DNA of 63,981 bases, counting the filler, from Sanchytrium tribonematis (lineage: Eukaryota): NCBI GenBank assembly GCA_018985235.1. It is 6 parts of 6 records of this genome, joined end to end, with 100 filler letters (N's around TTAATTAATTAA, not from the genome) between each part and the next. Parts side by side here need not be neighbours in the genome. Positions count along the whole stretch, not along the records: positions 11,143 to 22,182 come from JADGIG010000271.1; positions 22,283 to 33,272 come from JADGIG010000272.1; 4 more parts are not named here. One strand, written 5' to 3'. The translations under genes and the position numbers were made by a program. This document shows, in pieces, positions 13,112-25,363 of this stretch (position 1 is its first letter; every line of letters starts with the position of its first letter). The notes beneath the pieces were generated by a model. The model was not told the origin of the DNA and did not search any database. It worked only from the letters and a program-made list of their open reading frames with translations.

Positions 13112-16025
13112 CCCAAATCCCTGTGCATTTTCAATGGCTGTTAAAAGCCTTTCTTTCAATTTTTCTGGTGAATCGTATTCTGGTAACAATAACCTGCCAA
13201 AACATGTCAATGCTGTTGGCAATCGATCCGAGTTTCTTCCGTTTTGTTGCACCACAAATGTTAGCGCGCTGAAGCCCTTAAGTGGGATTCTGTCACTTGC
13301 TGTAACAAAAATCATTAACTTCTTTTTCTCTACATCACTAAAGTCGTGCAATATTTTCCAAAACTCACTAAATTAATGTGGAATACTTGATGTAAGAAGA
13401 TTCGGAGGAGTAACCTTCATATTTGGTCCACTTTTCGAGTTGATCGAAATCTAATGCGACAGCTCCACTTAAAATCTTTTCCAACTCAACTCCACGAAAA
13501 TCCTTTAGAATTTGACCGCAAGTGGACCAAAATCCAAAACTGAAGTAGTCGAACTGCTTTTTTATATTAACGTTGAGCTTGTGGTTTATCAACAATTCAA
13601 CATACTCCTCCTTATTTTCATTGTTTACGGATATTGTAGATCCATCATCGGTCAATTCATAAATGTCTTTTTCCCCATACGAATCATAGGTAATGTCAAA
13701 ATTTAGGCAAAATGTATTCTCAACATTACCTTCAAATTGCTTCAATTCAAATAGACCTCTACCTATTTCTGGAAAAGTGGCACAGAAATCTGCGAAATTC
13801 AAATTTTCTCCTGCCAACTTTTTGAAAAGCGTAGTTGGAAAATGCAAGTCAAGTATTATGCCATTATATGAAGCGAGTCCAATGATCATCCCAAAAACCT
13901 CAAATAGTTCAAAGTCTTGGGAGTCATGTCTAATCCAAGCCATTCTTTCTCTTTCTTCATAATAAAATAGACCACGGTCAACGTCCATAATCTCAGAAAC
14001 AAATGTTAAAAAGAATTCTTTTTGAACTCCGCCTTGGTCAAGTCCTTCTTCACCGTCAGTAAATCTAACTCTCAATGGCTTTTTGCAATTTTTCTCGATG
14101 TACGATTTGTAGTTAACTACATCTTCCAGAATATACTCTCTTCTTATTTCAAGTAGACAATAAGGATTGCTGACTTTGGCAAGTAATTTGTCCAGTTCAT
14201 GCGTAGTGATGGACTCTTGCAGAATTTTTGACGTATGAACCACCATGGCATGATTGACACACGCATCTTCATATTCTTTAGACATAATTGAAAGAGATTG
14301 AATTTGCAAAATGCTTGTTTTTGCTATACAGTTGAAAAGATACAAATGCTTCATAATTGCAGATTTGCCTCTCTTATATAACTTGAATTCTCTCTTGAAA
14401 TCGACTATATTGCTTAAAGAATCGTTATAAAATATTTCCAAATCCATTCCTTCTTTGTACTTACATAAAACATATAAATCATGAACAAAAGTAAGTGCTT
14501 TTTGTTCAGCTGATTTTCCTATAGATTCATTAGAACTATTAGAATATTTGTCATCATCACTGATGTCACCCTTATTTTCTAAAGAAATGGAGTAGTTCTT
14601 GAAGATAAAATAATGACATGCATCAATAACTTTTATAAGATGGGATGGATGCTTCATAATATTTTTCATCAAGAGCTGTTTTTGATCAAATCCTAAGTTG
14701 CTATACGCCTTAAAAAGCTTGTAAGTAAGATTTGTTTCTATTCGAATTTCAGGGTATATTGAAGCAATGTAGCAAATCATCCAGGAAAGCGGATGACGGA
14801 CATAACTTCGAGTTTTCAGCTGAGACAGCAAAAATGAGATACTATCAGCTAAAGTCTGTTGTATCATTGGCTGCCCTACCATATCAGTCAAAATATGATA
14901 GCACCGTAGTAATTCTTCATAATTGAACGCATCGGAATTGGGAGATTTACGGAATGAGTGTAGCATAATTAGAGGATCCCCGAACATGTAGTGTACCGTT
15001 TTTGATAATAAAGTCCGCTCTTGAAGTCCCTCCGGATCTATTTTAGATTTGCTAAATTTTCTAGAGGGAAGCTTTTCCTCTTGTTGCGGAACATCATCGT
15101 AGCTGCTAGATCTTTTTGCCGACTGTTTCCGTGCATATAGTCTTTTAAAAACATTTGGTTCATTATTTACAACCATTGTTTTGCTTAGCGTGTCAACCAT
15201 TTTTTGTAAAATAATTGAGTCAAACTTGACGGGCTTATCTGTGGTAAACTTTCTAATGAATTCTTCAACAGATTCTAAGTTTCTGAATGACATAACTTGC
15301 GCATTTGTACCAGAACTCAATGATCTTCTCCTTGGGTAAGGGTCACTGTTGGTATGTACTTGGCTGGATAAATTTTCTAAGGAATGCCCGTTGGTACTTA
15401 ATTGTGGATGAGAATGATAGGATGCGGATGAACCTGTAGAAAGGGAATAATCACTAGATGATAGATCCTGAGTCAACGACCTATCGCTTTTGTATGAGTA
15501 ATAGGAGTTTTGAGAAGAATACTCACTAGAAAATTGTACAGAATCATTATTATCTGAGTCTGGAGAGGGTATGCGAATTGATGTCGGATTTACGTCAGCC
15601 TGATTTTTTGCTTGGTTTATCTTTTCTAAGAGTCCTTCTGAAAAGTGCGACTTGAGCAAATGATCACTAGGGTTTTTCTTGATCTTGCCAAGTACAGACG
15701 GCATTCTCATTGGAGGTGCTTGCGTGTTCAAGCCCAATTCAAATAATGAAGTGTTTAAGCACGATGATAAAATTTGATCGAGTTTAACTGCTGTTGTATC
15801 TGGTAAAAGTAGAGTTGTAGATAATTCTGGAATGTCCGGTATCTTTTGGGGAAGCCTAGGACATACATATTGTTTACCGACGCGTCCTGCTATAGAATGA
15901 GCTAATACTAAGGCTACGTCTTTTGGAACTTCTGGGAAAGATGCATTGGATCTACAAAATTTAATATCACAATTCGTATGACAACCCTCTACAATCTGGT
16001 AGAAATATTTTTTAATCAAATCCAT
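13103..16025 (-). CDS. HECT E3 ubiquitin ligase, UBE3A/E6AP-like with N-terminal AZUL-like Zn motif; 2 exons, 967 aa
   Basis: KYFYQIVEGC..C...C; GEEGLDQGGVQKEFF; DRLPTALTCF..LLLPEY..GFGLI; frame restored by intron 13368-13386. Confidence 0.93.
13368..13386 (-). other. 19-nt spliceosomal intron
   Basis: gtattccacattaatttag; splicing gives YI-N-EFWKILHDF. Confidence 0.92.
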
Positions 16026-16357
16026 TCAATAAATGGCTTGACTTTTCATTTAAACGTAGCAAAAAATATTTATTTTTCCGAGTCACATTATTAATGCAAA
16101 TTGTCTAACAAGTGCTTGCTTGCATTACCGGAGCTGAAGTAGCATAATAAAACGTGTTTTCAAGTGACCGGTTGTAATTATTCATTGCTTGACTTAAGGA
16201 TTGTCCGAAATTTTTTAGAAATTACCAGTAAATTTGGTATTATTATCTATTAATTATAAGAAGCGAATTTCTGAAAGTCATGTTTGCAATAGTAAAGTGT
16301 TTGTCCAAAACTCCAATTTTCTGAGAAATAGTGGCTTGGTCAGAATTTCTGAGTCTC

Positions 16358-17477
16358 ATGTTATTCAATTTTGTTGCTAGAGCATGTACCAACACGTATT
16401 TTCAGAGTGATTTGACAATTGCAAATGTCACCAATTGGTTTTCTAACAGTAGCACGGAATATTCGATTGATAGCATCACTCCAGCAATTTCCATAGAATC
16501 AACAAGTGATAGACCACATGGTTCACTGCTATATAACTTTAAAAATGCTATTACTATCAATAGTGCTGATGTTTGGATTACATTTGAAGCCAGAATCAAC
16601 GACAATGGAAATAATACCATTCCAAATTTTGATATTGAGTTTCAATTGAAAAACAATGGCAATCCGGTTTCTGTCGCAGCTTCTACTGTAAATTCTTTAG
16701 GATATAGTAATATAACTTATGGAGAATGGAAGAAATTCTATATCAGCTCTGAGGATCTTGGCAGATGGACCTCAATCAGTGGAATCAAATTTAAGAATAT
16801 CGATGTTTCCATCTTATTGATCAAAAATATTATGATTCAATCTGCTGATTGTGAAAGCGGTGATAAAATATTGGTGCTCAGCGACTTCAGACAATCCAAC
16901 TACATTGCTGCTAAGAAGACGTATATTAACACAGACATCATTCCCGGAACATCATACACAATGGGCCCATCAGGAATCTCTTTTAAAAAAGTGACTGCAG
17001 ATGCAACTGATGCTACCGTCAACTTCAGAATTAATCCGCAGTGCAATTTGAAGTATACTGGAATCAGTTTTATTGGTAAATCTAACTTACATAGCATACA
17101 GCGATGAGTCAACTTCCTCATTCAAAGTTGGGTTTGGTTATGCTCAAAGCATCAACCAATGCTTTTTTGGTAGCACGCTAACTTACTCGTTTCCAGATGA
17201 AGATACAATTACAATCACAAGTATTCCGGACACTTACACCATCAATTTTCCAGAAGATATGGCTGGACAAATTCGAAGCAATATTATGGAATTAGTTTTT
17301 AGACAAAGCACGACAAGCAGTATTCATATCTCTCATGTGGTTTTACACACAAGTCAACTTGCAGTTAAAAATTCACCTGCTAAAAATGTCGTCCCAGTCG
17401 GTTCTTTACCAGGTGCAGCAGGAGAACTTTCCAACATTTGTTTCTTATTAGCTGCTTTGTGTATGATTGTACAATAA
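16358..17477 (+). CDS. Secreted, probably GPI-anchored beta-rich protein of unknown function; 2 exons, 366 aa
   Basis: Short hydrophobic N-terminus MLFNFVARA; hydrophobic C-terminus ICFLLAALCMIVQ; ORFs joined by intron 17076-17094. Confidence 0.7.
17076..17094 (+). other. 19-nt spliceosomal intron
   Basis: gtaaatctaacttacatag; splicing gives SFI-A-YSDES. Confidence 0.85.
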
Positions 17478-17498
17478 ATAAAAGAATATTATTAGCAT

Positions 17499-19473
17499 TT
17501 ATTCGGATTTTTCCTTACTTGGTGAGGTGCGATTGTCAATCTGTTCTTTAGCTTTTTCAACTACCATTTTGAAGACATTTTCGGCCATTTGTTGGACAAC
17601 TCCTACCATTCCCATTTGGATTATAACTAGTGCTACTAATCCAGTAAGACTAGCTAAAATTAAGTAAATTGGATTTCCTAAAATAATCCATAACTCGTTC
17701 CATCCTAAAAGAAGCAAAACGCCATAAACCCACTTGGGAACACGCTCATTTGATAAAATTATTCTGCGCTGTTGCTCGACGTAAAATACTTCCAAATCGG
17801 ACTTCAACGTGGACAAATGTGGCTTTGACAGATTCGGCAATTCAACTTTATAATGACTTGGCAATTTTGTGCTGTTGATCTTTTCTATAGTTTCAGTAAT
17901 ACTTTGCCATGTATTATTGAACTGCATACCGAGCTCTGCTTCGTTTGCATATAATCTTGGAATTCCATTTAAAAGATTCATTTTGTCTTTCATGGTTGAT
18001 TTAAGATATTGAAGAACTCGTGTTTCTGTAAAGTACTCTTTGTTCATCGAAAATGTTTTTGACTTGAGGAACTCTACAATTTCTGATTCGTTCAACTTGT
18101 ATTCAAATGGCTCATCCGATTCTATGTTAATATTAGTTACCCAATGTAGTTTTAAATGATGCTAAAGCCTTTTCATATTTTTCTTCAAATGATTTCAAAA
18201 TATCATCACTATTCAAAATGGTTCTCCAATCCATGTCATAAGAGTGCACCAACAAATCATATTGAATTTCATGGCAACATTGTTTAACTGAAAGGTCAAT
18301 ATTGTCTTTCACAGCTTTACATGGAATTGACTTCATCTTGATCCAAGCTGATTCCCATGATTTCAAAATCGAATTAATACTGCTACACATAGCTTTGTAA
18401 TCAGAAGAATCGCAATTCTTAATGATTGAAACAATCCATTTTTTGGCAGAAACAAAATCTAATATACTTTGATGAATTTCATGATGGGTCTTTTCAAATA
18501 TAGGTGCTGTGATTTTACTTGAGATCCTTTCCGTATGTTTGACCATGACATTGACATATTCAGAAATTTTGCCATCCATTTCACTTATCATAGCAAAAGA
18601 ATCCTCTATTTTTCCAGATTTGACCTCGAATGAATGCTCAGACATCCATTTCTTGATACTCTCTAGACATTGGTCTGCGTGCTTTTCTACCCGGTATTTT
18701 GTGATTAGTTCCATTTGTGTTGGAACATTCAATTCTTGGTTCGAAATAATTAATTTCCAAATTCTGGACATGTACTCGTTCAGTGCGTCTGGATGAACGT
18801 GATTGTTATTCTGAATGGACATTATATTGTTTTTCAATGTTGCAACAGATGCACTAAACGCATCTTTTTGTAGCTTAAAATGTGGGCAAGCATGAATGGT
18901 TAATTCGAAATACTTGGAAAGATCTTCAGCGGTCAAAGTTGACCAAATTTTTATAATGTCTTGTGTCAAAATCTCAAGTAGTTCAGAAACTGGAGTGGTG
19001 TCTGAATAGTCACGAACCACAAATAATAAAGTTTTTTTATGAACTTCCTCTGATTTGCTAATAAAAATCTCATGGTAAATTTCTAGGACCATTCTCATTA
19101 ATCCCATATTTGCCCCATGATAGAGACCTACTGCGTTTTCAAATACATTAAAAAGCAAAACATCAGATACGGATAACGCAAACAGCATTAAACATCTTTC
19201 ATGATGTTGCTGGTCACCGTGTTCTCGTCCATCGCTACCTTCAACGTCACAAACAATTACTTGTCTACTGTCAGAATGATACGAAGATGCAACAATTCCT
19301 CTCGTAGTCTGTTGTCGAGAACTTTGCATAACAGAAAAGTTAAGATTAAATAATTCGTTTAGTAAGGTAGACTTACCGCTACTTTGACTTCCGACAATTG
19401 ACAGAAGTGTATATGGCTTGTTCTTGATCTCAGCATTTTTAAAAACTTGATTCTCGTCAATAAGCTGGGACAT
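17499..19473 (-). CDS. SEY1: SEY1/RHD3 ER-fusion dynamin-like GTPase; 2 exons, 651 aa
   Basis: QLIDENQVF, GSQSSGKSTLLN.LF, RQQTTRGI, DVEGSDGREHG, VPKWVYGVLLLLGWNE, two TM segments; intron 18122-18140. Confidence 0.95.
18122..18140 (-). other. 19-nt spliceosomal intron
   Basis: gtaactaatattaacatag; splicing gives TTL-E-SDEPF. Confidence 0.9.
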
Positions 19474-19543
19474 AGACAATAAACTCCGTAGTTTCACAAA
19501 AATATGGCAAATTTTAGTTTATTAGTTTGTGTAACAAATAAAA

Positions 19544-22182
19544 TTAGGTAGACTTGACTTTATATTTAAGCCAGATGTATGATAGCAAAAAGAAGACTCC
19601 AGCAGTAGCCCAAAGTGTTGATATATCTAAAACGTAAGAATTTGGCCTAAATCCAAATCTATCTAATATAAAGTCCGCCGGTACTTTTAGCTTGATATCC
19701 GGATCTTGAATCAGAAGTTGATGCATTTCATTGACCGACATTGCCTCTACTGCATTTCTAAAGAAACTTAGATAGCTGACATATTTGAAAACCGAATCAC
19801 CTAGATAAAAAAAGTCTACGTGTATTAAGAAGCAAGCCACTAAAAAGCATTGATACAAGCATAAGTAGTGAAGTTACCAAAGTGGAAACTGCTAACTCAG
19901 CTATTGCAATTCCTAAAAAGAAACATATGCTTGAACTTGCAATATTGAAAGATATTAGTCCCAAAATAAATTTGAGGTAAATCCAAAGGTCTTTCCTGAG
20001 ACCTACCAGTGGGTACAACACCAAACTGAGCAAAATTGGCGGAACTACTCTTAGCGGTATTACGTCAAACAAGACTTTTGAAATATAGTACATGCTTGGA
20101 TCATAGAACCGATTGCTTCTTTCTTTGATAAATAAAAGTCTTTCAACATTAAGAACGCTCAACGTTGTCAAGCAAGAAAAACCAAAAATGGCGCACAAGA
20201 AAAAGAAACAGCCAAGCCTATTTTGAACTCCTGAAATGTCATTTTCCACTTTAAAATAAACGCATCCCAACAGAATTCCAGCGATTAGGCTGATGAGGTA
20301 ATGTGAAAATAATAAAAGTGGATTTCGATAAAGGTTTTTAAAAGATCTATCACAGAGAATTTTAAGCTGGGTGAGCAAGCTTGGTTTTGCAGAAGTAGTA
20401 AAATGTTGAAAATGAGATGATATGGTTGAGTCGACATCATTCTCGAATTTAAAACCTGTTGTAGCTACAATTTCGGCGGTGATTTCTTTAGACATTATAG
20501 AGTTGTCAAATTGAGCTAATATATCATTAAATTTCTTACTTTTCGGGTTTTCGTCACTTATTATTTCTAAATCTGTGGTCGTTATTAAATCAACCAAATA
20601 GTCTGCAATGTTGTAACCTTTGGGGCAAGTATAGCCTAGATTTTCAAAAAATTGGGCTGCTTTTGAGCGTGGTCCCGAAAAGACGCAAAATCCATCACTC
20701 AGCAATAGAACTTTGTCCAGTTTTCGGAAAATATCGCTTCTTGGCTGATGAATTGTTAAAACAATTGTTCTTTTAAAATCCTTGGCCAACTTTGATAGGC
20801 AAGATATAACATTCATGGCATTATAACTATCCAGACCACTTGTGGGCTCATCTAAAAATAAGATAGAAGGATTTGTAACCAACTCGCACGCAATAGAAAC
20901 TCTCCTTCGTTCTCCTCCAGATATTCCCCTTATACCAGCACCTCCGATTCTGCTATCTGCTATATGCTCAATTCCCAGCTCGTACATTACCTCTTTGACT
21001 CGTCTCAATTTAGTTTCTTTCAGCATATCTCTGGGTAGCCTCAACATCGCACTATAAGTAATAGTTTCCTCCACAGTGAGATAATCCATTAAAAAATCAT
21101 CTTGCTCTACATAGCCAACGATTTCAGCATACGATTCTAAATTCACAGGCTTCCCATCTGCGAATATATAACCATTAACCTCTCCCAGTTTGAATCTATT
21201 TGCTAATATCTCAAGAGTGGTAGTCTTGCCAGCCCCAGAAGGGCCCATTATTGCGCATAATTCTCCTTTTTTGACAGAACCTTTAATTCCTTTTAAAATC
21301 TGCTTCTCTTTGTAAATGTATTCCAAATTACTAAATGCTAAATCGACTCCTTCTGGTATTAAATCCTCGGAACTCAAAGATTCATACCCGCGAAGTCTCT
21401 TTGCTTTGTTTAAACAATACATGAATATTCCCACCATCAAAAATGCCAGAACAACCAAAGGCACTAAGGTAAACCATTTGTTATTCAAATTGGGATCAGC
21501 CCGAACCTCCCATTTGTCGACACATTCCCCAATGGTGCAGTCTAAATCAAATCCAATATCTCCAAACATAGGCCCCATCATCTCCTTTTCTATATGTGGT
21601 TCTGTAAACATGCATTTTTGATCTGTGCATTCTAATGTACCTGGGCCCTTGACATGAGTTTGAAGAAAATCTGTCAAATCTATTAGACCGCCTTTTCCAC
21701 ATAAATCGCGATCTGGTATACACTGACAATTCACGTTTTCGCAAATTATTTTAGAATTTCCCTCTTGATGGCAATTTGAAAGACCGCACCAGAAGCTTTC
21801 CTGTTTACCGTAAAAAAATTCAAAGTGGCAGGCTGTAGACTTGCAAGACCAAACTGCTGTTAAAGGCTCAGGTGCGATTGCAACTAGTCCAGGATTTGTG
21901 ACTTTACAATGCGCAAAGTTCTCACGGACTGGATTTAGGGTCTTATAACATGTTGGCTGTATATATGGGTAAGCACTACATGTATTGTCGTTACTACATA
22001 CCCGACAAGTCAATCCTTCCCACCCCTTATCACAATCCCCTTCCCTTGGTTTTAACGGACTCCCTCCAATTGGATTTGCGCACGTAGGCCCTCCAAATCC
22101 CACTTCACAATCACACTCTCCACTATCTAATAGCGTGGAATTACTGTAGCACACAGTCTCTAAGTCACGCATTATGAGAAAT
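19544..22182 (-). CDS. ADP1: ADP1-like ABCG half-transporter with Cys-rich EGF-like lumenal N-terminus; 2 exons; probably 5'-truncated
   Basis: CDCEVGFGG, CDKGWEG; GPSGAGKTT; ISGGERRRVSIACELV; LDEPTSGLD; TM domain; intron 19801-19819. Confidence 0.9.
19801..19819 (-). other. 19-nt spliceosomal intron
   Basis: gtagactttttttatctag; splicing gives SGLLLNT-R-DSVFKY. Confidence 0.9.
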
Positions 22183-22282
22183 NNNNNNNNNNNNNNNNNN
22201 NNNNNNNNNNNNNNNNNNNNNNNNNNTTAATTAATTAANNNNNNNNNNNNNNNNNNNNNNNNNNNNNNNNNNNNNNNNNNNN
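22183..22282. other. Artificial contig spacer
   Basis: N44-TTAATTAATTAA-N44. Confidence 0.99.
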
Positions 22283-23074
22283 AGTGAAGAAATTACCATC
22301 CAATGCACCAGTCCTGCAAAACATCTCTACCACGCTACTTGCATGGCAAATTGGTTTGTGAAGCAGTTTAAGAATCAAATAGATTCAGGATCAAATTTAA
22401 AGATACATACAACACCAAAATGTTATTGCACAAAACCCTATGAGAATCTACAAAATATATTTCAAGAAAAGGATTTAGAATTGCAATCTTTTGTTAAAAA
22501 TCGTGATCAAATCATTGCTAATCATTTAGCACACTTTATTGACGAATTAATCACATTAAAACACGTCATCATACCATATTTTAAAGACATTTATCCCCAT
22601 AAATTATTTAATCGTCATAATTTGATTGAGAAAGCATGGATTCAAGTACTTGGTAGTGCTTCTTTATTGGATTTAAAGGGCGCTATTATCAAAAGAAGTT
22701 GTCAGCCATATCGTGAACCATTATTTGTGCAATTTGGATACATCATTATGCCAAATAAAACCTACAATTTCGAATTTCCTCAAATTTCATTAGAATCAGA
22801 TTCTGATTTAATTCAATTATCAAATCAATTGATTGAAGCAGATTTGAGAGCACTCACTCAACGTGATTTGAAAGTGATTTATGTCAAATATTTCATGTTG
22901 ACCTTAAAATTGCAAGATTTGCAAATAGATTCCTCCATTGCCTCGATGAATGAGATTCAACAACAATTAATGGATAAATTATTTATTAAAAATGATGATC
23001 ATAATGAAAATGCCCTGGAATATCTCAAAATAGGTCGCAAATTTAATATTTTCATTAAATATATTTTATCTTAA
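22283..23074 (+). CDS. 5'-truncated protein with the C-terminal half of a RING-like finger
   Basis: Frame open from the contig edge: QCTSPAKHLYHATCMANWF...PKCYC. Confidence 0.6.
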   Translation, partial: SEEITIQCTSPAKHLYHATCMANWFVKQFKNQIDSGSNLKIHTTPKCYCTKPYENLQNIFQEKDLELQSFVKNRDQIIANHLAHFIDELITLKHVIIPYFKDIYPHKLFNRHNLIEKAWIQVLGSASLLDLKGAIIKRSCQPYREPLFVQFGYIIMPNKTYNFEFPQISLESDSDLIQLSNQLIEADLRALTQRDLKVIYVKYFMLTLKLQDLQIDSSIASMNEIQQQLMDKLFIKNDDHNENALEYLKIGRKFNIFIKYILS

Positions 23075-23511
23075 GAAACTGGCTGTATCTCACCCAATTT
23101 GAACTCTGAAATATGTCCAATTTCAACTATTTTCTTTAATTCCTCTTCTATTCTCTCCCTTGGTCCATTAATATGCAAATAACCATTAATTCCCAATGAT
23201 TCCAATTGCTTTACGATAAATTTATTTTCCAAATACGCTCTTACACTCTTGAAATTTGTACCTTGAAGATCATAAAAATGCATTGGTCCACTTATAATTT
23301 CTCTTTTTGGTGGAGAAATCACTATTTTCCCATGTTGATGTTTCCATAATCCATATAATCCAGCAGATATAGCCAATATACTACCCCATATAGGATAATA
23401 ATGATTATGATAGACATGTAATTCACGTGGATCATATGGATATGGCATAGAATGATGAGGAATAGCAAATAATTGCAAAATCAACATGTTTTGAGGAGTG
23501 TCGTACATCAT
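23071..23511 (-). CDS. Hypothetical small membrane protein
   Basis: 146-aa ORF with one TM segment (IWGSILAISAGLYGLW); start uncertain. Confidence 0.55.
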   Translation of the reverse strand: MMYDTPQNMLILQLFAIPHHSMPYPYDPRELHVYHNHYYPIWGSILAISAGLYGLWKHQHGKIVISPPKREIISGPMHFYDLQGTNFKSVRAYLENKFIVKQLESLGINGYLHINGPRERIEEELKKIVEIGHISEFKLGEIQPVS

Positions 23512-24983
23512 TTATTACTCATTTTAATTGCATGCCCATTATTATTAAATAGATATGCTTCTAATGGATACCCATCATCAAATGTCAAATATATCATTTT
23601 CATCATTTTAAAGAATTGACTATCCATGCTATGAAACACATATGCATTTAAATCCCAAGTAAATATCCCTAAATAGTTGTTGAGTGTATAATATCCTATT
23701 TTCAACCAATTCATCCACTTACTTTCATCTGGTTGCAAATATTCACCCGTGTTAACATCAATGGGTGAATATCCATAAGATGTCTTGCATTTCTCATCTA
23801 CAATGCGTGCAATCTCGTAATTACGTTGCTGATATGTTTGATTCTTTGTGAGTCGATATAAATAGAAATGAGATTCAACCAAATATGACTCAAATCTGAA
23901 ATATGATTTATCTTGTAATCCGATGAATGCAGTGCTTTCAGATGGTCCTAATTTGGTGTGTGAGGATTGGTATAGATGCCAACACCCATCAGCCAATTCA
24001 ATGGCATATTGTAAATCTTGATGAAGTGCAAAAATGGATGCAAATTGACATGAAGTATGTTCTAAAATACCTCTTTCTAGTTTATTATTGACTTGTACAT
24101 CACTTGCAATATACGTATAACCATCATAATACCGAGTTAATTGAGATTTAATGGCATTTAATGAGATATTGGCATAATTCAAGAGAGATTTGTCATTTGT
24201 GTAAATACCTGTTTTTAATAAATATTGGTAAAATGAGTCTAATCCACTGCCTGCTGCATAGGCATCATGATAATATAACTCGCCTTGATTGCTAATTGTG
24301 GATGGAAATAGACCTGGATGCTCTAAATCAGATTTTAAAATATAGCCATAAATGGATAATGCCTTGTTTAAATACGTTGCATTTTGAGTTAAATGGGATA
24401 AATGGGCCATTTCTAATTGACGAGTACCTACAAATGACAATGACATGTAAAATAATTGAGAATGTGATTTGGTGTTGAAATCAAATGTGCGGAATGGCAT
24501 TTTATCATGATTTGATAAATGATTTGCAATATAAATGGCTTTATTTAAATAAATTTGATTCTGAGTAGCATCGTACATGGATAAACAACTTGCTAATACC
24601 TTGTTGATGAATTCAAATGTGTTGATATTTGCATGAAAATCATGATTTAATATTGCTTCATTTGCCATTTTATAATAGGGACTATTGAGTATGTACAGTG
24701 TATCAATGGCATCATATAAAGTTAATAGTGTTGATGGACTACCATATGACCAATTAATCCCATTACCATGTTGTGGATCCAAGAAATCAGATGGAAATGC
24801 AAATTGGAAATAATTGGAAATGGCATGATTTGTCATATTTTGGATAAAATATTTGATATTTACAGTATCTGATAGTGGTAAATGATAGAAATGAGTGAAA
24901 TCAGGGATATCGGGAGGAGTTTGAGGGTAATTGTAAATGGCAATTGAAATGGCAATGATTGCGAGTGAAATGGCATAAAACAT
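23508..24983 (-). CDS. GH47 alpha-1,2-mannosidase-like type II membrane protein, divergent
   Basis: N-terminal anchor; TLYDAIDTLY, INTFE, GTRQLEM.HLS.LT, DSFYQYLLK, VESHFYLYRLT. Confidence 0.85.
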   Translation of the reverse strand: MFYAISLAIIAISIAIYNYPQTPPDIPDFTHFYHLPLSDTVNIKYFIQNMTNHAISNYFQFAFPSDFLDPQHGNGINWSYGSPSTLLTLYDAIDTLYILNSPYYKMANEAILNHDFHANINTFEFINKVLASCLSMYDATQNQIYLNKAIYIANHLSNHDKMPFRTFDFNTKSHSQLFYMSLSFVGTRQLEMAHLSHLTQNATYLNKALSIYGYILKSDLEHPGLFPSTISNQGELYYHDAYAAGSGLDSFYQYLLKTGIYTNDKSLLNYANISLNAIKSQLTRYYDGYTYIASDVQVNNKLERGILEHTSCQFASIFALHQDLQYAIELADGCWHLYQSSHTKLGPSESTAFIGLQDKSYFRFESYLVESHFYLYRLTKNQTYQQRNYEIARIVDEKCKTSYGYSPIDVNTGEYLQPDESKWMNWLKIGYYTLNNYLGIFTWDLNAYVFHSMDSQFFKMMKMIYLTFDDGYPLEAYLFNNNGHAIKMSNK

Positions 24984-25123
24984 GGAGAATTATCTCAAAA
25001 CCAGAATTCACTTCAAATGATATATCGATCGGTGGAAATTCGAAATACACTGCAGGTTATATAGAATAATAAGTAATGATCAATGTAATGTGAAGAGTAT
25101 AATTTGTAAAAATGTGTATAAAT

Positions 25124-25363
25124 TTATTTAAAGTCTTCTTTTGTCAACATTTGACCATGTTCCTTCAGCTTCCTATGCGTATTTAAATGGCTTATTTTAC
25201 CGTATGATCGATCACAATGATCGTAATTACATTTATACTTTCTATAAACATCTTTAGCCAAACATCTATGTCTTTTAAAAGATTGTGTTTTCAAATTCCT
25301 ATTTGGAATACAAAATGAATCTGGATTAAAGCAGCCAACACAGTGAGAATAATAGCACATCAT
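25124..25363 (-). CDS. Small C2H2 zinc-finger protein
   Basis: YKCNYDHCDRSYGKISHLNTHRKLKEH. Confidence 0.7.
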   Translation of the reverse strand: MMCYYSHCVGCFNPDSFCIPNRNLKTQSFKRHRCLAKDVYRKYKCNYDHCDRSYGKISHLNTHRKLKEHGQMLTKEDFK

